Shown piece after piece: positions 48,593 through 57,786 of a DNA stretch of 64,000 bases (position 1 is the stretch's first letter; the number at the start of each line of letters is the position of its first letter). The notes under the pieces are model-generated. The model ran no database searches. It was not told the DNA's origin and saw nothing but the letters and a program-made list of their open reading frames with translations. Origin of the DNA: Candidatus Latescibacterota bacterium (GTDB lineage Bacteria; Latescibacterota; UBA2968); assembly GCA_965204375.1 (NCBI GenBank), contig OZ241986.1, positions 5,984,001 to 6,048,000 on the forward strand. The letters are read 5' to 3'. A program made the translations under genes and the position numbers.

Positions 48593-48726
48593 TCGTTCCT
48601 CCTGTAAATGGTCAAAATGACTTGGTGTCATATCATATAACATCTTTTTGAACAGTCAAAGAAAAACGCGACCCACGCGAGTTTATTTTTCGTTTTTCAT
48701 TTTTCATTTTTCATTATCATGGTCTT

Positions 48727-49047
48727 ATGAATGAACAGACGCGAAAGAAAATTCTGCAATCCACGCCGCACCCAAAGGGGATTCGCAAGGTGGATAGAAA
48801 ACGCCTGCTGGCGCAGTTGTCCCAGGCTGACCCGCCGCCCGATTACGACCGGTATATTCGGTCTAAGTCATGGCAGATTAAGAGGCAGAAGTTTCTCGCC
48901 CATTATAATTGTCAGTGCGTTTTGTGTGGGAGCAAAGAGCATTTGCACGTGCATCATTTGCACTACAAGACGCTGGGGAATGAGGGGGTGGAGGATGTGA
49001 TTGTCTGTTGCAGGCGTTGTCATTTTATCGAGCACTTTAAGAAGTGA
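48727..49047 (+). CDS. Small HNH endonuclease
   Basis: YIRSKSW..KR, CVLCG, LHVHHLHY, CCRRCH..EH. Confidence 0.8.
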   Translation: MNEQTRKKILQSTPHPKGIRKVDRKRLLAQLSQADPPPDYDRYIRSKSWQIKRQKFLAHYNCQCVLCGSKEHLHVHHLHYKTLGNEGVEDVIVCCRRCHFIEHFKK

Positions 49048-49068
49048 GAAATATTTCCGGAGATTTTT

Positions 49069-50349
49069 ATGCCGAATATTATCATTATTACCACGCACGA
49101 TACAGGTCGGCATTTTGGGTGTTATGGTGTCGATACGGTACATACACCCGCGATTGACGCGATTGCCGACGATGGGTTTAAGTTTACCAATTATTTTACG
49201 ACGAGTCCGGTGTGTAGCCCCAGCCGGGGGGCTATGCTTACGGGGCGCTATCCGCAGAGCAATGGTTTGATTGGGTTGACGCATTCGCCGTGGGATTGGT
49301 GTTTTAATGAGGGGGAGCGACACCTTTCGCATATTTTGCGGGATGCGGGCTATTATACGGCTCTTTTTGGTTTGCAACACGAGGCGTCTAATACGGATGA
49401 TCTGGGTTTTGAAGCGACTTTTGCACAGCGCGATGAAACGGGTCGCCGTGCAAACGCGCTTGTCGTTGCCCAGGCTCTGGCGGATTTTCTCAAGGCAGGC
49501 GCGGGTTATAAGACGCCGTTCTACGCGCAAGTCGGTTTTTTTGAGACCCATCGTCCGCACGATTTTGGCGATGTGGGGCCTGATGATAGTAAGGGTGTTG
49601 ATGTGCCGCCTTATCTAATTGATGACGAGACGTCGCGCCGGGAACTGGCTCTGCAACAAGGTGCGATCCGCCGCGTTGATGAGGCGGTTCAGATTATTAC
49701 CGATGCATTGAGGGAGAGTGGCTTGGAAGACGATACGCTGCTGGTTTTTACGGTTGATCACGGTATTGAATTTCCGAGGGCGAAGTGGTTTTGCTATGAC
49801 GCGGGTATTGGCGTTGCATTGCTGATGCGCTGGCCCGGTGGGGATGTTCGGGGTGGACAGTCCTGTGATCATTTGCTCAGCAATGTCGATTTTTTGCCCA
49901 CGCTTATGGATCTCATACAGCATCCCATTCCGGATAATGTGGAGGGTTTGAGTTTTGCCAGTATGTTCAAATATCCCGATGCGGAACCCACGCGCGATGC
50001 GGCTTTTTCCATTTTTCAGGGTAGCGATAGTCGCAGTGTTCGCACCGATCGCTACAAGTTTATTCGCAATTTTAGTCCGCGGCGATTGATAGATGGGCCA
50101 GTTGATATGACCGATCCCCCAAGACCGCGTATCAAACAACCGGTGGCACAGCTCTACGATCTGGAAAAAGATCCCAATGAGTTTGAGGATGTCGCCCATA
50201 AACCCGAATATCGGGATGTGTATCATGCGTTGAGCCAGCGCCTGTGGCAATGGATGGAAGATGTAAATGATCCGTCGCTCAAGAGTCCGATTCCCACGCC
50301 GTATTATTGGGAGGCGATGGCGGAATACAACACGAGAAAGGAAGCGTAA
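49069..50349 (+). CDS. Sulfatase (formylglycine-dependent; sulfamidase-like)
   Basis: NIIIITTHD, CSPSRGAMLTGRYP, FFETHRP, DHG, AKW, QLYDLEKDPNE. Confidence 0.92.
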   Translation: MPNIIIITTHDTGRHFGCYGVDTVHTPAIDAIADDGFKFTNYFTTSPVCSPSRGAMLTGRYPQSNGLIGLTHSPWDWCFNEGERHLSHILRDAGYYTALFGLQHEASNTDDLGFEATFAQRDETGRRANALVVAQALADFLKAGAGYKTPFYAQVGFFETHRPHDFGDVGPDDSKGVDVPPYLIDDETSRRELALQQGAIRRVDEAVQIITDALRESGLEDDTLLVFTVDHGIEFPRAKWFCYDAGIGVALLMRWPGGDVRGGQSCDHLLSNVDFLPTLMDLIQHPIPDNVEGLSFASMFKYPDAEPTRDAAFSIFQGSDSRSVRTDRYKFIRNFSPRRLIDGPVDMTDPPRPRIKQPVAQLYDLEKDPNEFEDVAHKPEYRDVYHALSQRLWQWMEDVNDPSLKSPIPTPYYWEAMAEYNTRKEA

Positions 50350-51554
50350 TGTCCAGAGGAAAAATTGTAAATCTCGCGCTCGTTGGCTGTGGCGGTATTG
50401 CCGGTGGGCATCTTCGGCGGTATGGAGACCTTATCGATAAGGGCGAAGACCGTTTTCGCATTGTGGCTACGGTTGATAGCGATATCAGCCGCGCGCAGGC
50501 ATTTGCCGATCAGATTAATGGCAAGACCGGATGGGAGGTTAAAAGCTATCCTTCGGTTGAAGATCTGCTCAATTCAGAGTCCAATCTCGATGGGGCCGAT
50601 ATATGCAGTCCCCACGGTTTGCATCATGTGCTCGCCTGCGAGTTGCTCGAAGGCGGTGTGAATATCTTGTGCGAAAAGCCCATTGGCATAACTGTTAAAG
50701 CCACGCAAAAAATTATCGATACAGCCAAACGCTGCAATAAGATCGCCGCGAATGCCGAACAGTGTCGTCGGAGTGTTGGACAGCGCACGATTCACTGGGC
50801 GTTTAACGGTGGGCCGCTCGGCGAACCCAGATTGTGGTACGCTATCAGGTCGGGATGGCAGGATCCCGCGAATTATCCCGATTGGCACTGGCGCGTGGAT
50901 CGCAAACTCGGCGGTTGCGGGATGGTTATGGATAGCGGTGCACACTGGGTTGATACCATGCGTTACTGGTTTGGGGAAGTGGAGAGTGTTTATGCGCGTG
51001 TGGAGCAAATGGAACAGCGTCCCCACAAAAAAGGCGATGATCTGGTCGATGACAGTCGCGAGGATTTTTGGACCAGTATTTTCAATTTCGAAAGTGGCGT
51101 GATCGGTACGTGGTCGTGGACGGTTAGCGCGCCGGGAAAGGGTTTTACGCAGCTCAATCTCACCGGGAGCAAGGGCACGATTGTCGAGAGCGATATCTTC
51201 CATCCGGCGGCGTCGCAGGCGCGTGGCGAATGCAATTTTATAGATGGTACGGCTTATGGTGTGTCCCAACTTCAAGATATGTTTCTCGGTTCACTGGGGC
51301 AGAGTGAAAAGGACCGCCTCTTTCCCTATGGGCTAACCGATGGCATGGCGATTGAGTTGTGGGATTTTATCGATGCGCTGAGTATTGGGCGCGATGTGGA
51401 AATCGACGCCGAAGAGGGGCTGAAGAGCAAGGCCGTGAGCGAGGCGATTTACGAGTCTGGAAAAAGTGGAGAGGTCGTCAAGGTGAGCGATGTGATATCC
51501 GGCGAGGTTTGTGCGTATCAGGAGGATATTGATCAGATGTGGGGTTTGGTGTGA
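50349..51554 (+). CDS. Gfo/Idh/MocA family oxidoreductase
   Basis: LVGCGGIA, CSPHGLH, LCEKP, MDSGAHWVD. Confidence 0.9.
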   Translation: MSRGKIVNLALVGCGGIAGGHLRRYGDLIDKGEDRFRIVATVDSDISRAQAFADQINGKTGWEVKSYPSVEDLLNSESNLDGADICSPHGLHHVLACELLEGGVNILCEKPIGITVKATQKIIDTAKRCNKIAANAEQCRRSVGQRTIHWAFNGGPLGEPRLWYAIRSGWQDPANYPDWHWRVDRKLGGCGMVMDSGAHWVDTMRYWFGEVESVYARVEQMEQRPHKKGDDLVDDSREDFWTSIFNFESGVIGTWSWTVSAPGKGFTQLNLTGSKGTIVESDIFHPAASQARGECNFIDGTAYGVSQLQDMFLGSLGQSEKDRLFPYGLTDGMAIELWDFIDALSIGRDVEIDAEEGLKSKAVSEAIYESGKSGEVVKVSDVISGEVCAYQEDIDQMWGLV

Positions 51555-51572
51555 GGGGATGGAGAGCTGAGT

Positions 51573-51615
51573 AAAAATGGGTCGCTATCCTTCGAGATAG
51601 CGACCCATTTTTTTT
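51573..51615. terminator. Bidirectional rho-independent terminator
   Basis: aaaaatgggtcgctatc-cttcga-gatagcgacccattttttt between convergent genes. Confidence 0.85.
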
Positions 51616-52006
51616 ACGTATTTCCCGGACGACCGATTTCGATGAGGTTGCCATCCGGGTCGTGTACGAAAACATAGCGCGTGCCGTCGTGTGGGCGCAC
51701 GCCGGGACCGGAGGCAACGCGCACGCGTTCGCGGTCGAGCGAGGTGATGACGCGATCGAAGTCGGCGACTTCAAAGGCGATGTGGCGGCGCGAGGGACGG
51801 GGGTATTCTTCTGCGAGGATCAGGTGGATTTCGACATCGCCACAGCGATACCAGGCACCTGCAAAGTCGTAATCTGGCCGGGGAATGGGTTGCAGCCCCA
51901 GGAGCTTTTCGTAAAATGCCGATGCGCGCTCGAGGTTACCTGTAACCAATGTGATATGGCTGACGCGCGTGATGCCCAGGCCAGCCGATTCCGTGCGATT
52001 GGCCAC
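51614..52006 (-). CDS. VOC/glyoxalase family protein
   Basis: SHITL, FYEKLLG, EIHL, HIAFEV, DPDGNLIE. Confidence 0.88.
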   Translation of the reverse strand: MANRTESAGLGITRVSHITLVTGNLERASAFYEKLLGLQPIPRPDYDFAGAWYRCGDVEIHLILAEEYPRPSRRHIAFEVADFDRVITSLDRERVRVASGPGVRPHDGTRYVFVHDPDGNLIEIGRPGNT

Positions 52007-52010
52007 CGGA

Positions 52011-52892
52011 TCAATTCTCCATCAATAAGGTTCTCATTTTTCGCATGCGAGAGGGATGTTTGAGTGCTGTTAGGGCTTTGTCGCGTATTTGGCGCACGCG
52101 CTCTTTGGTCAGATTGAGGATGTTGCCGATTTGCTCCAGCGTCATTGTTTCACCGCTGTTAATGCCAAAATAGAGACGCAACACGCGGGCGTCGCGCGGA
52201 GCCAATGTGTTGAGCGCGGTGCGTATTTCCTCTGCCATGGAGCTTTCGAGCATGGCTTCTTCAGGGGTTTCCTGATCGTTGTCTGACAACATTTCCAGCA
52301 AGCTGGTGTCAGGGCCGTCTTCAAGGGGCATGTCGTATGAAATATGCCACCGCGAAGCACTGAGGAGGTCTTGCACTTGCTTGGGGTGCAGTTCGGCCTG
52401 TGCAGCGATTTCTTCAATGCGCGGTTCGCGCCCCAGCGATTGTTTGAGTTCTGAGGATATGCGTTCCAATTTGCTCAGGTGTTTGATTTTGTTGACGGGC
52501 AGTCGCACCATGCGGGCTTTTTCTGCCAATGCCGATAAGATGCCCTGACGAATCCACCAGACTGCATACGTTGTGAATTTGACGCCTACGGTTTCGTCGT
52601 AGCGGGTGGCTGCGCGGACAAGACCCATGTTGCCTTCGGCAATGAGGTCTTCTAGGAGCAGGCCACGTCCCTGATATTCTTTGGCTATGGTAATGACGAA
52701 TCGCAAATTGGATTCGATCATTTTATTGAGACTTTTGCGGTCTCCTTTGCGAATGCGCTTGGCCAGGTCAATTTCTTCTTGTGGCGTGAGCAATTCGCTA
52801 TAGGCGATGTCTTTGAAATAGAGTTCCAGTGCAGAACTACTGCCTCCATTTGTTCCGTTTGAGGTCCTGTAACTCATAAGTGCGGCAGACAT
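52011..52892 (-). CDS. RNA polymerase sigma-70 factor, RpoD/SigA-like (no region 1.1)
   Basis: SNLRFVITIAKEY, DLIAEGNMGL, KFTTYAVWWIRQ, RMVRLP, TLEQIG..LTKERVRQI. Confidence 0.92.
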   Translation of the reverse strand: MSAALMSYRTSNGTNGGSSSALELYFKDIAYSELLTPQEEIDLAKRIRKGDRKSLNKMIESNLRFVITIAKEYQGRGLLLEDLIAEGNMGLVRAATRYDETVGVKFTTYAVWWIRQGILSALAEKARMVRLPVNKIKHLSKLERISSELKQSLGREPRIEEIAAQAELHPKQVQDLLSASRWHISYDMPLEDGPDTSLLEMLSDNDQETPEEAMLESSMAEEIRTALNTLAPRDARVLRLYFGINSGETMTLEQIGNILNLTKERVRQIRDKALTALKHPSRMRKMRTLLMEN

Positions 52893-53379
52893 GTATTTCC
52901 CCCGTGACTGAGAAATCGACTCTCTTGATCGAGTGTCTTGTGTTTCAACTCGTCAAAGGTTCACAATAAGTACTGTGATACCTTCCGACTCTTGTATGGG
53001 AGAGAATCGGTTGTTGTCAGAATATATGGCACATCGATCATGGGGATACCAATGGCCTGATTATGTGACAACCTGGTTTAGGGGAGTGTTACTTTGGGGA
53101 GTTGATCTGGATGGGGAAACGACCACGGGCCGCAGGGGAGCGGTGTGCTCGACCAAATCATAGTGTGTGTGGCAAGTATTGAGGGGAAAAATAATACTTG
53201 GGCAGACAAGATAGTGGATTCAATTCTGTAATGCAACTCTTTTTCTATGCTATTCTCCTGATATTTTGCAACGCAAAGCCATATTTTTAGATGAAATACT
53301 TATTGGCATATTGAGGGAAAATAATAAATAGAGTTTCATTTGTCAATAAATAACTCTTGTTTAACGAGTTACAGGCTTG

Positions 53380-53898
53380 CTACTGGTCCTCGGCAGTGTC
53401 TGTGCCGTTGAGTTGCCGCTGGGCGAGGTCGCGGTCGAGCAAAAACAAGCCGTTGCCCTCTATGCCGACCAGCTTGATCGTGTCGATCAATTCCCTGACA
53501 ACGGCTTCTTCTTCGACTTGTTCGGCGATAAACCACTGGAGAAAGGTATGGGTGGCGTGGTCGCGTTCGGACAGGGCGAGATCGGCGATGTTGTAGATGC
53601 TTTGAGAGACCCTTTGCTCTTGGGCAAGGCTATCTTCGAATACTTCTAATGGGCTGTCCCAACTTTGTTTGGGGGTTTCAATGGCGCTAAAGCGTATATC
53701 GGCCTCCCGGTCGTCGAGAAAATCGTATATCTTCATGCCATGGGTGAGTTCTTCCTGGGCTTGAACGCGCATCCAATGGGCAAAGCCATTGAGATTTTGC
53801 GTGAGAAAATACGCGGACATTGCCAGATAACTATACGCAGAGTAGTATTCCATATTGAGTTGCTCATTGAGCGCGGCGTTTATGTTTGTGTTAATCAT
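53380..53898 (-). CDS. Ferritin (non-heme, FtnA-type)
   Basis: LNEQLNME..YLAM, QAQEELTH, QEQ, WFIAEQVEEE. Confidence 0.93.
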   Translation of the reverse strand: MINTNINAALNEQLNMEYYSAYSYLAMSAYFLTQNLNGFAHWMRVQAQEELTHGMKIYDFLDDREADIRFSAIETPKQSWDSPLEVFEDSLAQEQRVSQSIYNIADLALSERDHATHTFLQWFIAEQVEEEAVVRELIDTIKLVGIEGNGLFLLDRDLAQRQLNGTDTAEDQ

Positions 53899-53950
53899 GG
53901 TGTCCTCCTGTTGCGATAGGGAGAAAAACAGTATCCAAAAAGGGGGGATA

Positions 53951-53978
53951 AGTATAAGAAAAATATGGGTTTTGTCAA
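53951..53978 (-). promoter_or_regulatory. Sigma70-type promoter for the left ferritin
   Basis: TTGACA-16-TATACT on the minus strand. Confidence 0.55.
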
Positions 53979-54157
53979 CCTATTAAAATAATTGATTGAT
54001 TATACTTTAGTTATAGAAGAAATCCCCAATGGTGTAGCGAATTTTTCTATTGATTCTTTTTGCGAAATTGCGTAAAACTTTATAGTATCTAAACGCGGAG
54101 CATTTGACTACCCCAGTGTGGCCCCTGAGTCACCCAACAGGAGGTTTGTTTTTTGTT

Positions 54158-54640
54158 ATGATTCCCAAAAAGGTCCTCATGGCTTTGAACGAGCAACTCA
54201 ATTTTGAGTTCCATTCGGCGTTTCACTATCTCGCCATGGAGACGTATTTTCACGAGGTAAATCTGCACGGGTTTGCCCATTATATGCGCGAGCAATACAA
54301 AGAAGAACGTCAGCACGCGCTCAAGATCGTGGATTATATCAATGCGCGAAACTGTCGAGTTCTGCTCAAGCAGATCGCCGAACCACCTTCTGAATGGGCA
54401 TCCCCTCTGGAGGTTTTTGAAGATGCGCATCAGCAAGAGCAAAAATCCAGCGGGATGATCAATGATCTGGTCGATCTCTCACTGAATGAGCGCGACCATG
54501 CAACGGAGATTTTCTTGAAGTGGTTTATCGAGAAACAGGTAGAAGAGGAGGCGCAAATCAGCAGTATTGTGCAAAAGTTGAAGCTGGTAGGCGATGACGC
54601 TTATGGTCTGTTTTTGTTGGATCGGGATATGGGGGGATAG
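54158..54640 (+). CDS. Second ferritin (FtnA-type)
   Basis: Start MIPKKVL after GGAGG; LNEQLNFE..YLAM, EERQH, WFIEKQVEEE. Confidence 0.92.
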   Translation: MIPKKVLMALNEQLNFEFHSAFHYLAMETYFHEVNLHGFAHYMREQYKEERQHALKIVDYINARNCRVLLKQIAEPPSEWASPLEVFEDAHQQEQKSSGMINDLVDLSLNERDHATEIFLKWFIEKQVEEEAQISSIVQKLKLVGDDAYGLFLLDRDMGG

Positions 54641-54672
54641 ATAGCTCGTGTCCGCAGGCAGACTGAAGACAG

Positions 54673-54705
54673 AAGCACCCTCAGATACACCGAGGGTGCT
54701 TTTTT
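54673..54705. terminator. Rho-independent terminator
   Basis: aagcaccctc..gagggtgctttttt. Confidence 0.8.
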
Positions 54706-55483
54706 ATATGGGTACAATGAGAGGAAATTTTTTGACGGGATGGATAATTTGCTGTACGCGAATATCAAATGCATCTGAAACCACGTCTGGCGTCAATACC
54801 TGATCGGGAACACCACTGGCCACTTGTTCGCCATTTTTTAATACATGTACCTCGTCGGCATATTGGGCAGCTAAGTTGAGGTCGTGCAATACGCAGAGCA
54901 CACCTGTTTCATTGCTGGCCCATTTCCGCGCCAGTTGCAACACCTGATGCTGATGCGACAAATCCAGGCTTGTTGTTGGTTCGTCCAGTAGCAGATATCG
55001 CCCTGCGGTGAGATGCTTGTCCCAAATTTGGGCCAGTGCGCGCGCAAATTGTACCCGCTGTTGCTCGCCTCCCGATAGCGTTGGATAAACGCGTTGCTCC
55101 AGGTGCGATACGCCTACCCATTTCAAAGCCTTCTGTGCAATCGCATAATCCCGCGCGCTTTCGATACCTTTTATGTGTGGGAAGCGCCCCATGAGCACCA
55201 CGTCTAAAACGCGGAAGGGGAAAGTTAAAAAAGACTGCTGAGGCAAAACCGCGCGCTGTTGCGCACATTCAACGGGTGTCAAATCGGCAATCGAACACCC
55301 ATCTATCCGGACCGTTCCTTCAGAGGGGATACACTCGCCACACATCACTTTTACCAATGTGGATTTGCCCGCGCCATTTGGTCCAAGTATAGCTACAACT
55401 TTGCCCGGCGCGATCTGGATCGAGACGCGCTTGAGCAGATGGTGTCCATCTATCAGAACAGAGACCCCGCGCGCTTCAAACAT
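54704..55483 (-). CDS. hmuV: Heme ABC transporter ATP-binding protein
   Basis: Start MFEARG overlaps the hmuU stop; GPNGAGKST, YPTLSGGEQQRVQFARALAQ, LLDEPT, LHDLNLAAQY. Confidence 0.9.
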   Translation of the reverse strand: MFEARGVSVLIDGHHLLKRVSIQIAPGKVVAILGPNGAGKSTLVKVMCGECIPSEGTVRIDGCSIADLTPVECAQQRAVLPQQSFLTFPFRVLDVVLMGRFPHIKGIESARDYAIAQKALKWVGVSHLEQRVYPTLSGGEQQRVQFARALAQIWDKHLTAGRYLLLDEPTTSLDLSHQHQVLQLARKWASNETGVLCVLHDLNLAAQYADEVHVLKNGEQVASGVPDQVLTPDVVSDAFDIRVQQIIHPVKKFPLIVPI

Positions 55484-56583
55484 CAAAACACCTGTCGGTT
55501 GCGGTTTTGTAGTAATAAAAAGAGGAAAAAGGGCACGCCGATGACTGCTGTTACAATGCCGATGGGCAATTCGGCAGGTGCGACAAGCGTGCGTGCTACC
55601 AGGTCTGCACCCATTAACAGAGAAGCCCCCAGGAGTGCTGCTCCCGGAATTAAGTAGCGATGATCTGGCCCAATTGATAACCGCAGAAGATGTGGCACTA
55701 CCAGGCCGACAAATCCGATTATGCCCACCACAGAAACCGATGCGCCCACAGCCAGTGCAGCCAGTGCCACTACTTCGCGCTTCATGCGTTCGACAGATAC
55801 GCCCAGATGTCTGGCTTCGGCTTCGCCCAATAAAAAGATATTGAGCGCGCGTCCATAGCGACCGAGCAAACACAGCGAGATAACAATAAAAGGCGTTACT
55901 GCGCCCACTGAATCCCAGGTCGCGCCGCCCATGTTGCCCATGCTCCAAAATGTGATATTTCGCAACTGTGCATCTGTTGCCACAAATGTCAATAAACCCG
56001 TTAATGCACCGCTCAACGCATTGATGGCTATGCCGGCCAACAACATTGTTGCAACAGCTACGCGTCCGCTTGTCGCGGACAATTGATAGACCAATAGTGT
56101 TGCAGCGACCCCACCGATAAATGCGGCAATGGGCAGTGTATAGATGTCCAAAATTTCCGACAGGCCCTTCAATACAGTCGCGCCCAGGACAATCACTGAT
56201 ACCGCAGCCAATGCGGCGCCACTTGACACGCCAATCAAACCGGGATCGGCCAATGGATTGCGGAAAAGCCCCTGCATGGCAGCGCCAGATACAGCCAATC
56301 CCGCTCCGACGAGCACGTTTAACAGAACTCTCGGCAGCCGAATGGCGACGACAACGGCTTCCTGATGCGATTGAAATGTTTGACTAAAAGAAAACCCCAT
56401 TCGTTTTGCAAAAATCGACAAAATCTGCATGGGTGTAACGGATACTGCGCCAATGCCCACTGAGGCCACTATCAACACGCATAGCAAGACGCACAGTGCC
56501 AGTAATATCAGAGAAGTTCGTTTTATTTGTAGGCGAGAAATGCGAATACCATCCCGTTTTAAAACCGTTGGTGCCGCGCTCAT
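55483..56583 (-). CDS. hmuU: Heme/FecCD-family ABC permease
   Basis: IRLPRV, QGLFRNPLADPGLIGVSSGA, GEAEARHLG, GFVGLVVPH, ELPIG. Confidence 0.9.
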   Translation of the reverse strand: MSAAPTVLKRDGIRISRLQIKRTSLILLALCVLLCVLIVASVGIGAVSVTPMQILSIFAKRMGFSFSQTFQSHQEAVVVAIRLPRVLLNVLVGAGLAVSGAAMQGLFRNPLADPGLIGVSSGAALAAVSVIVLGATVLKGLSEILDIYTLPIAAFIGGVAATLLVYQLSATSGRVAVATMLLAGIAINALSGALTGLLTFVATDAQLRNITFWSMGNMGGATWDSVGAVTPFIVISLCLLGRYGRALNIFLLGEAEARHLGVSVERMKREVVALAALAVGASVSVVGIIGFVGLVVPHLLRLSIGPDHRYLIPGAALLGASLLMGADLVARTLVAPAELPIGIVTAVIGVPFFLFLLLQNRNRQVF

Positions 56584-57437
56584 GACCCATCTTTCAATTG
56601 TGGGTGTAATAGATGAGACAGGTCGCGCACGGCATCGGCCAACCGGGGACCGAATCCCAACAGATAAAGGCCATTCATCGTCACAATGCGCCGTTCCTGT
56701 CCCGCCGGTGTCAAAGCCACACCGGGGACTTCGAGCAGATCATCCACATCACCCAGGCTTTCCAGCCCACTGTCGAGCATCAAAATGACATCGGGTGCAG
56801 CAGCGACCACTGCCTCAGATGTTAAAGGTTTATATCCGTCGTATTCGGTCACGGCGTTTACGCCACCTGACAGATTGATCATGGCATCGGCAGATGTATT
56901 TTTGCCCGATACTAACATTGTGCCCTGTCCCCGTGCATAGATAAATAATACGCGGGGACGCGGAGATACTTTCGCAAGCAATTGGCGCGTTTGCTGCATA
57001 TCGTCAGATAATTTTTGTGCGAGAGTCTCTCCTTTTTCTGTCTTTTTCAGCGCGCTGGCAATTGCACGGATTTTTTTTATAGCCACATCTACGCTATGTG
57101 AGTCGGGCAGTACCACTACCCGCACATCGGCCTGGCGAATTTGTTCCAGGGCCGTGGGCGGACCAGCATCTGCGCTGGCCAATACCAGGGTTGGATTTAG
57201 AGACAATACGCCTTCGGCTGAGATCCGACGCTGGTATCCCACTTTGGGCAGGGAGGTCGCGGCTTCGGGATATTGGCTGGATGTATCTACACCTACCAGA
57301 AGTGAATTGGCGGCGAGTGCGTACACAATCTCTGTGACGTCACCACCTACCGATACGACGCGCTGTGCGTGTTCATCGGCTTGGCTTTGTGCGAATAACC
57401 CACAACACAGGATTAGAAGAATGATTACGCGACGCAT
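56580..57437 (-). CDS. hmuT: Heme ABC periplasmic binding protein
   Basis: VVSVGGDVTEIVYAL, VDTSS, VGYQR (Tyr heme ligand), LLGFGPR. Confidence 0.9.
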   Translation of the reverse strand: MRRVIILLILCCGLFAQSQADEHAQRVVSVGGDVTEIVYALAANSLLVGVDTSSQYPEAATSLPKVGYQRRISAEGVLSLNPTLVLASADAGPPTALEQIRQADVRVVVLPDSHSVDVAIKKIRAIASALKKTEKGETLAQKLSDDMQQTRQLLAKVSPRPRVLFIYARGQGTMLVSGKNTSADAMINLSGGVNAVTEYDGYKPLTSEAVVAAAPDVILMLDSGLESLGDVDDLLEVPGVALTPAGQERRIVTMNGLYLLGFGPRLADAVRDLSHLLHPQLKDGS

Positions 57438-57760
57438 TAGACTGTCTCCTTGCGGTCAGAGTCCAGAAAAACCTCGTGAATTTCCAATTGGTTTGAACCT
57501 GTAAACGCCTCTTTGGGCAACGATCCCGATCTGGCGTGGCCTTTTTGAAATGCCTCGGAATTGACCCAGTTTTTGAAATGCTCGTGTGATTCCCAAAAGG
57601 TGAGCACGATATAGGGATGATCCTTTTTTTTGGGTCTTAATACTTTGTTGGAGATAAAACCCGGCATGCCATCTACCAGGTGTGCGCGATTGCGAAAACG
57701 CTCTTCAAATTGCTCGGCGTATTCCGGATTTACAAAAATGCGATTGGCTACAGCTACCAT
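57437..57760 (-). CDS. Antibiotic biosynthesis monooxygenase family, IsdG-like heme-degrading oxygenase
   Basis: Start MVAVANRI after GGAGG; Asn/Trp/His triad ANRI, TFWES, FQKGH; lies in a heme operon. Confidence 0.8.
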   Translation of the reverse strand: MVAVANRIFVNPEYAEQFEERFRNRAHLVDGMPGFISNKVLRPKKKDHPYIVLTFWESHEHFKNWVNSEAFQKGHARSGSLPKEAFTGSNQLEIHEVFLDSDRKETV

Positions 57761-57786
57761 AACAGACCTCCTGTCTCGTGTTTCAA

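Noticed and set aside
53290-54100. Fur boxes near the ferritins
   Set aside because: AT-rich, but no convincing GATAATGATAATCATTATC-like match by eye.
55484-55948. N-terminal extension of HmuV in the ORF track
   Set aside because: It overlaps hmuU out of frame; the true start is 55483. ORF-track extensions of TIR-TPR, HrpA, the APH-like gene and the second ferritin were trimmed for similar reasons.
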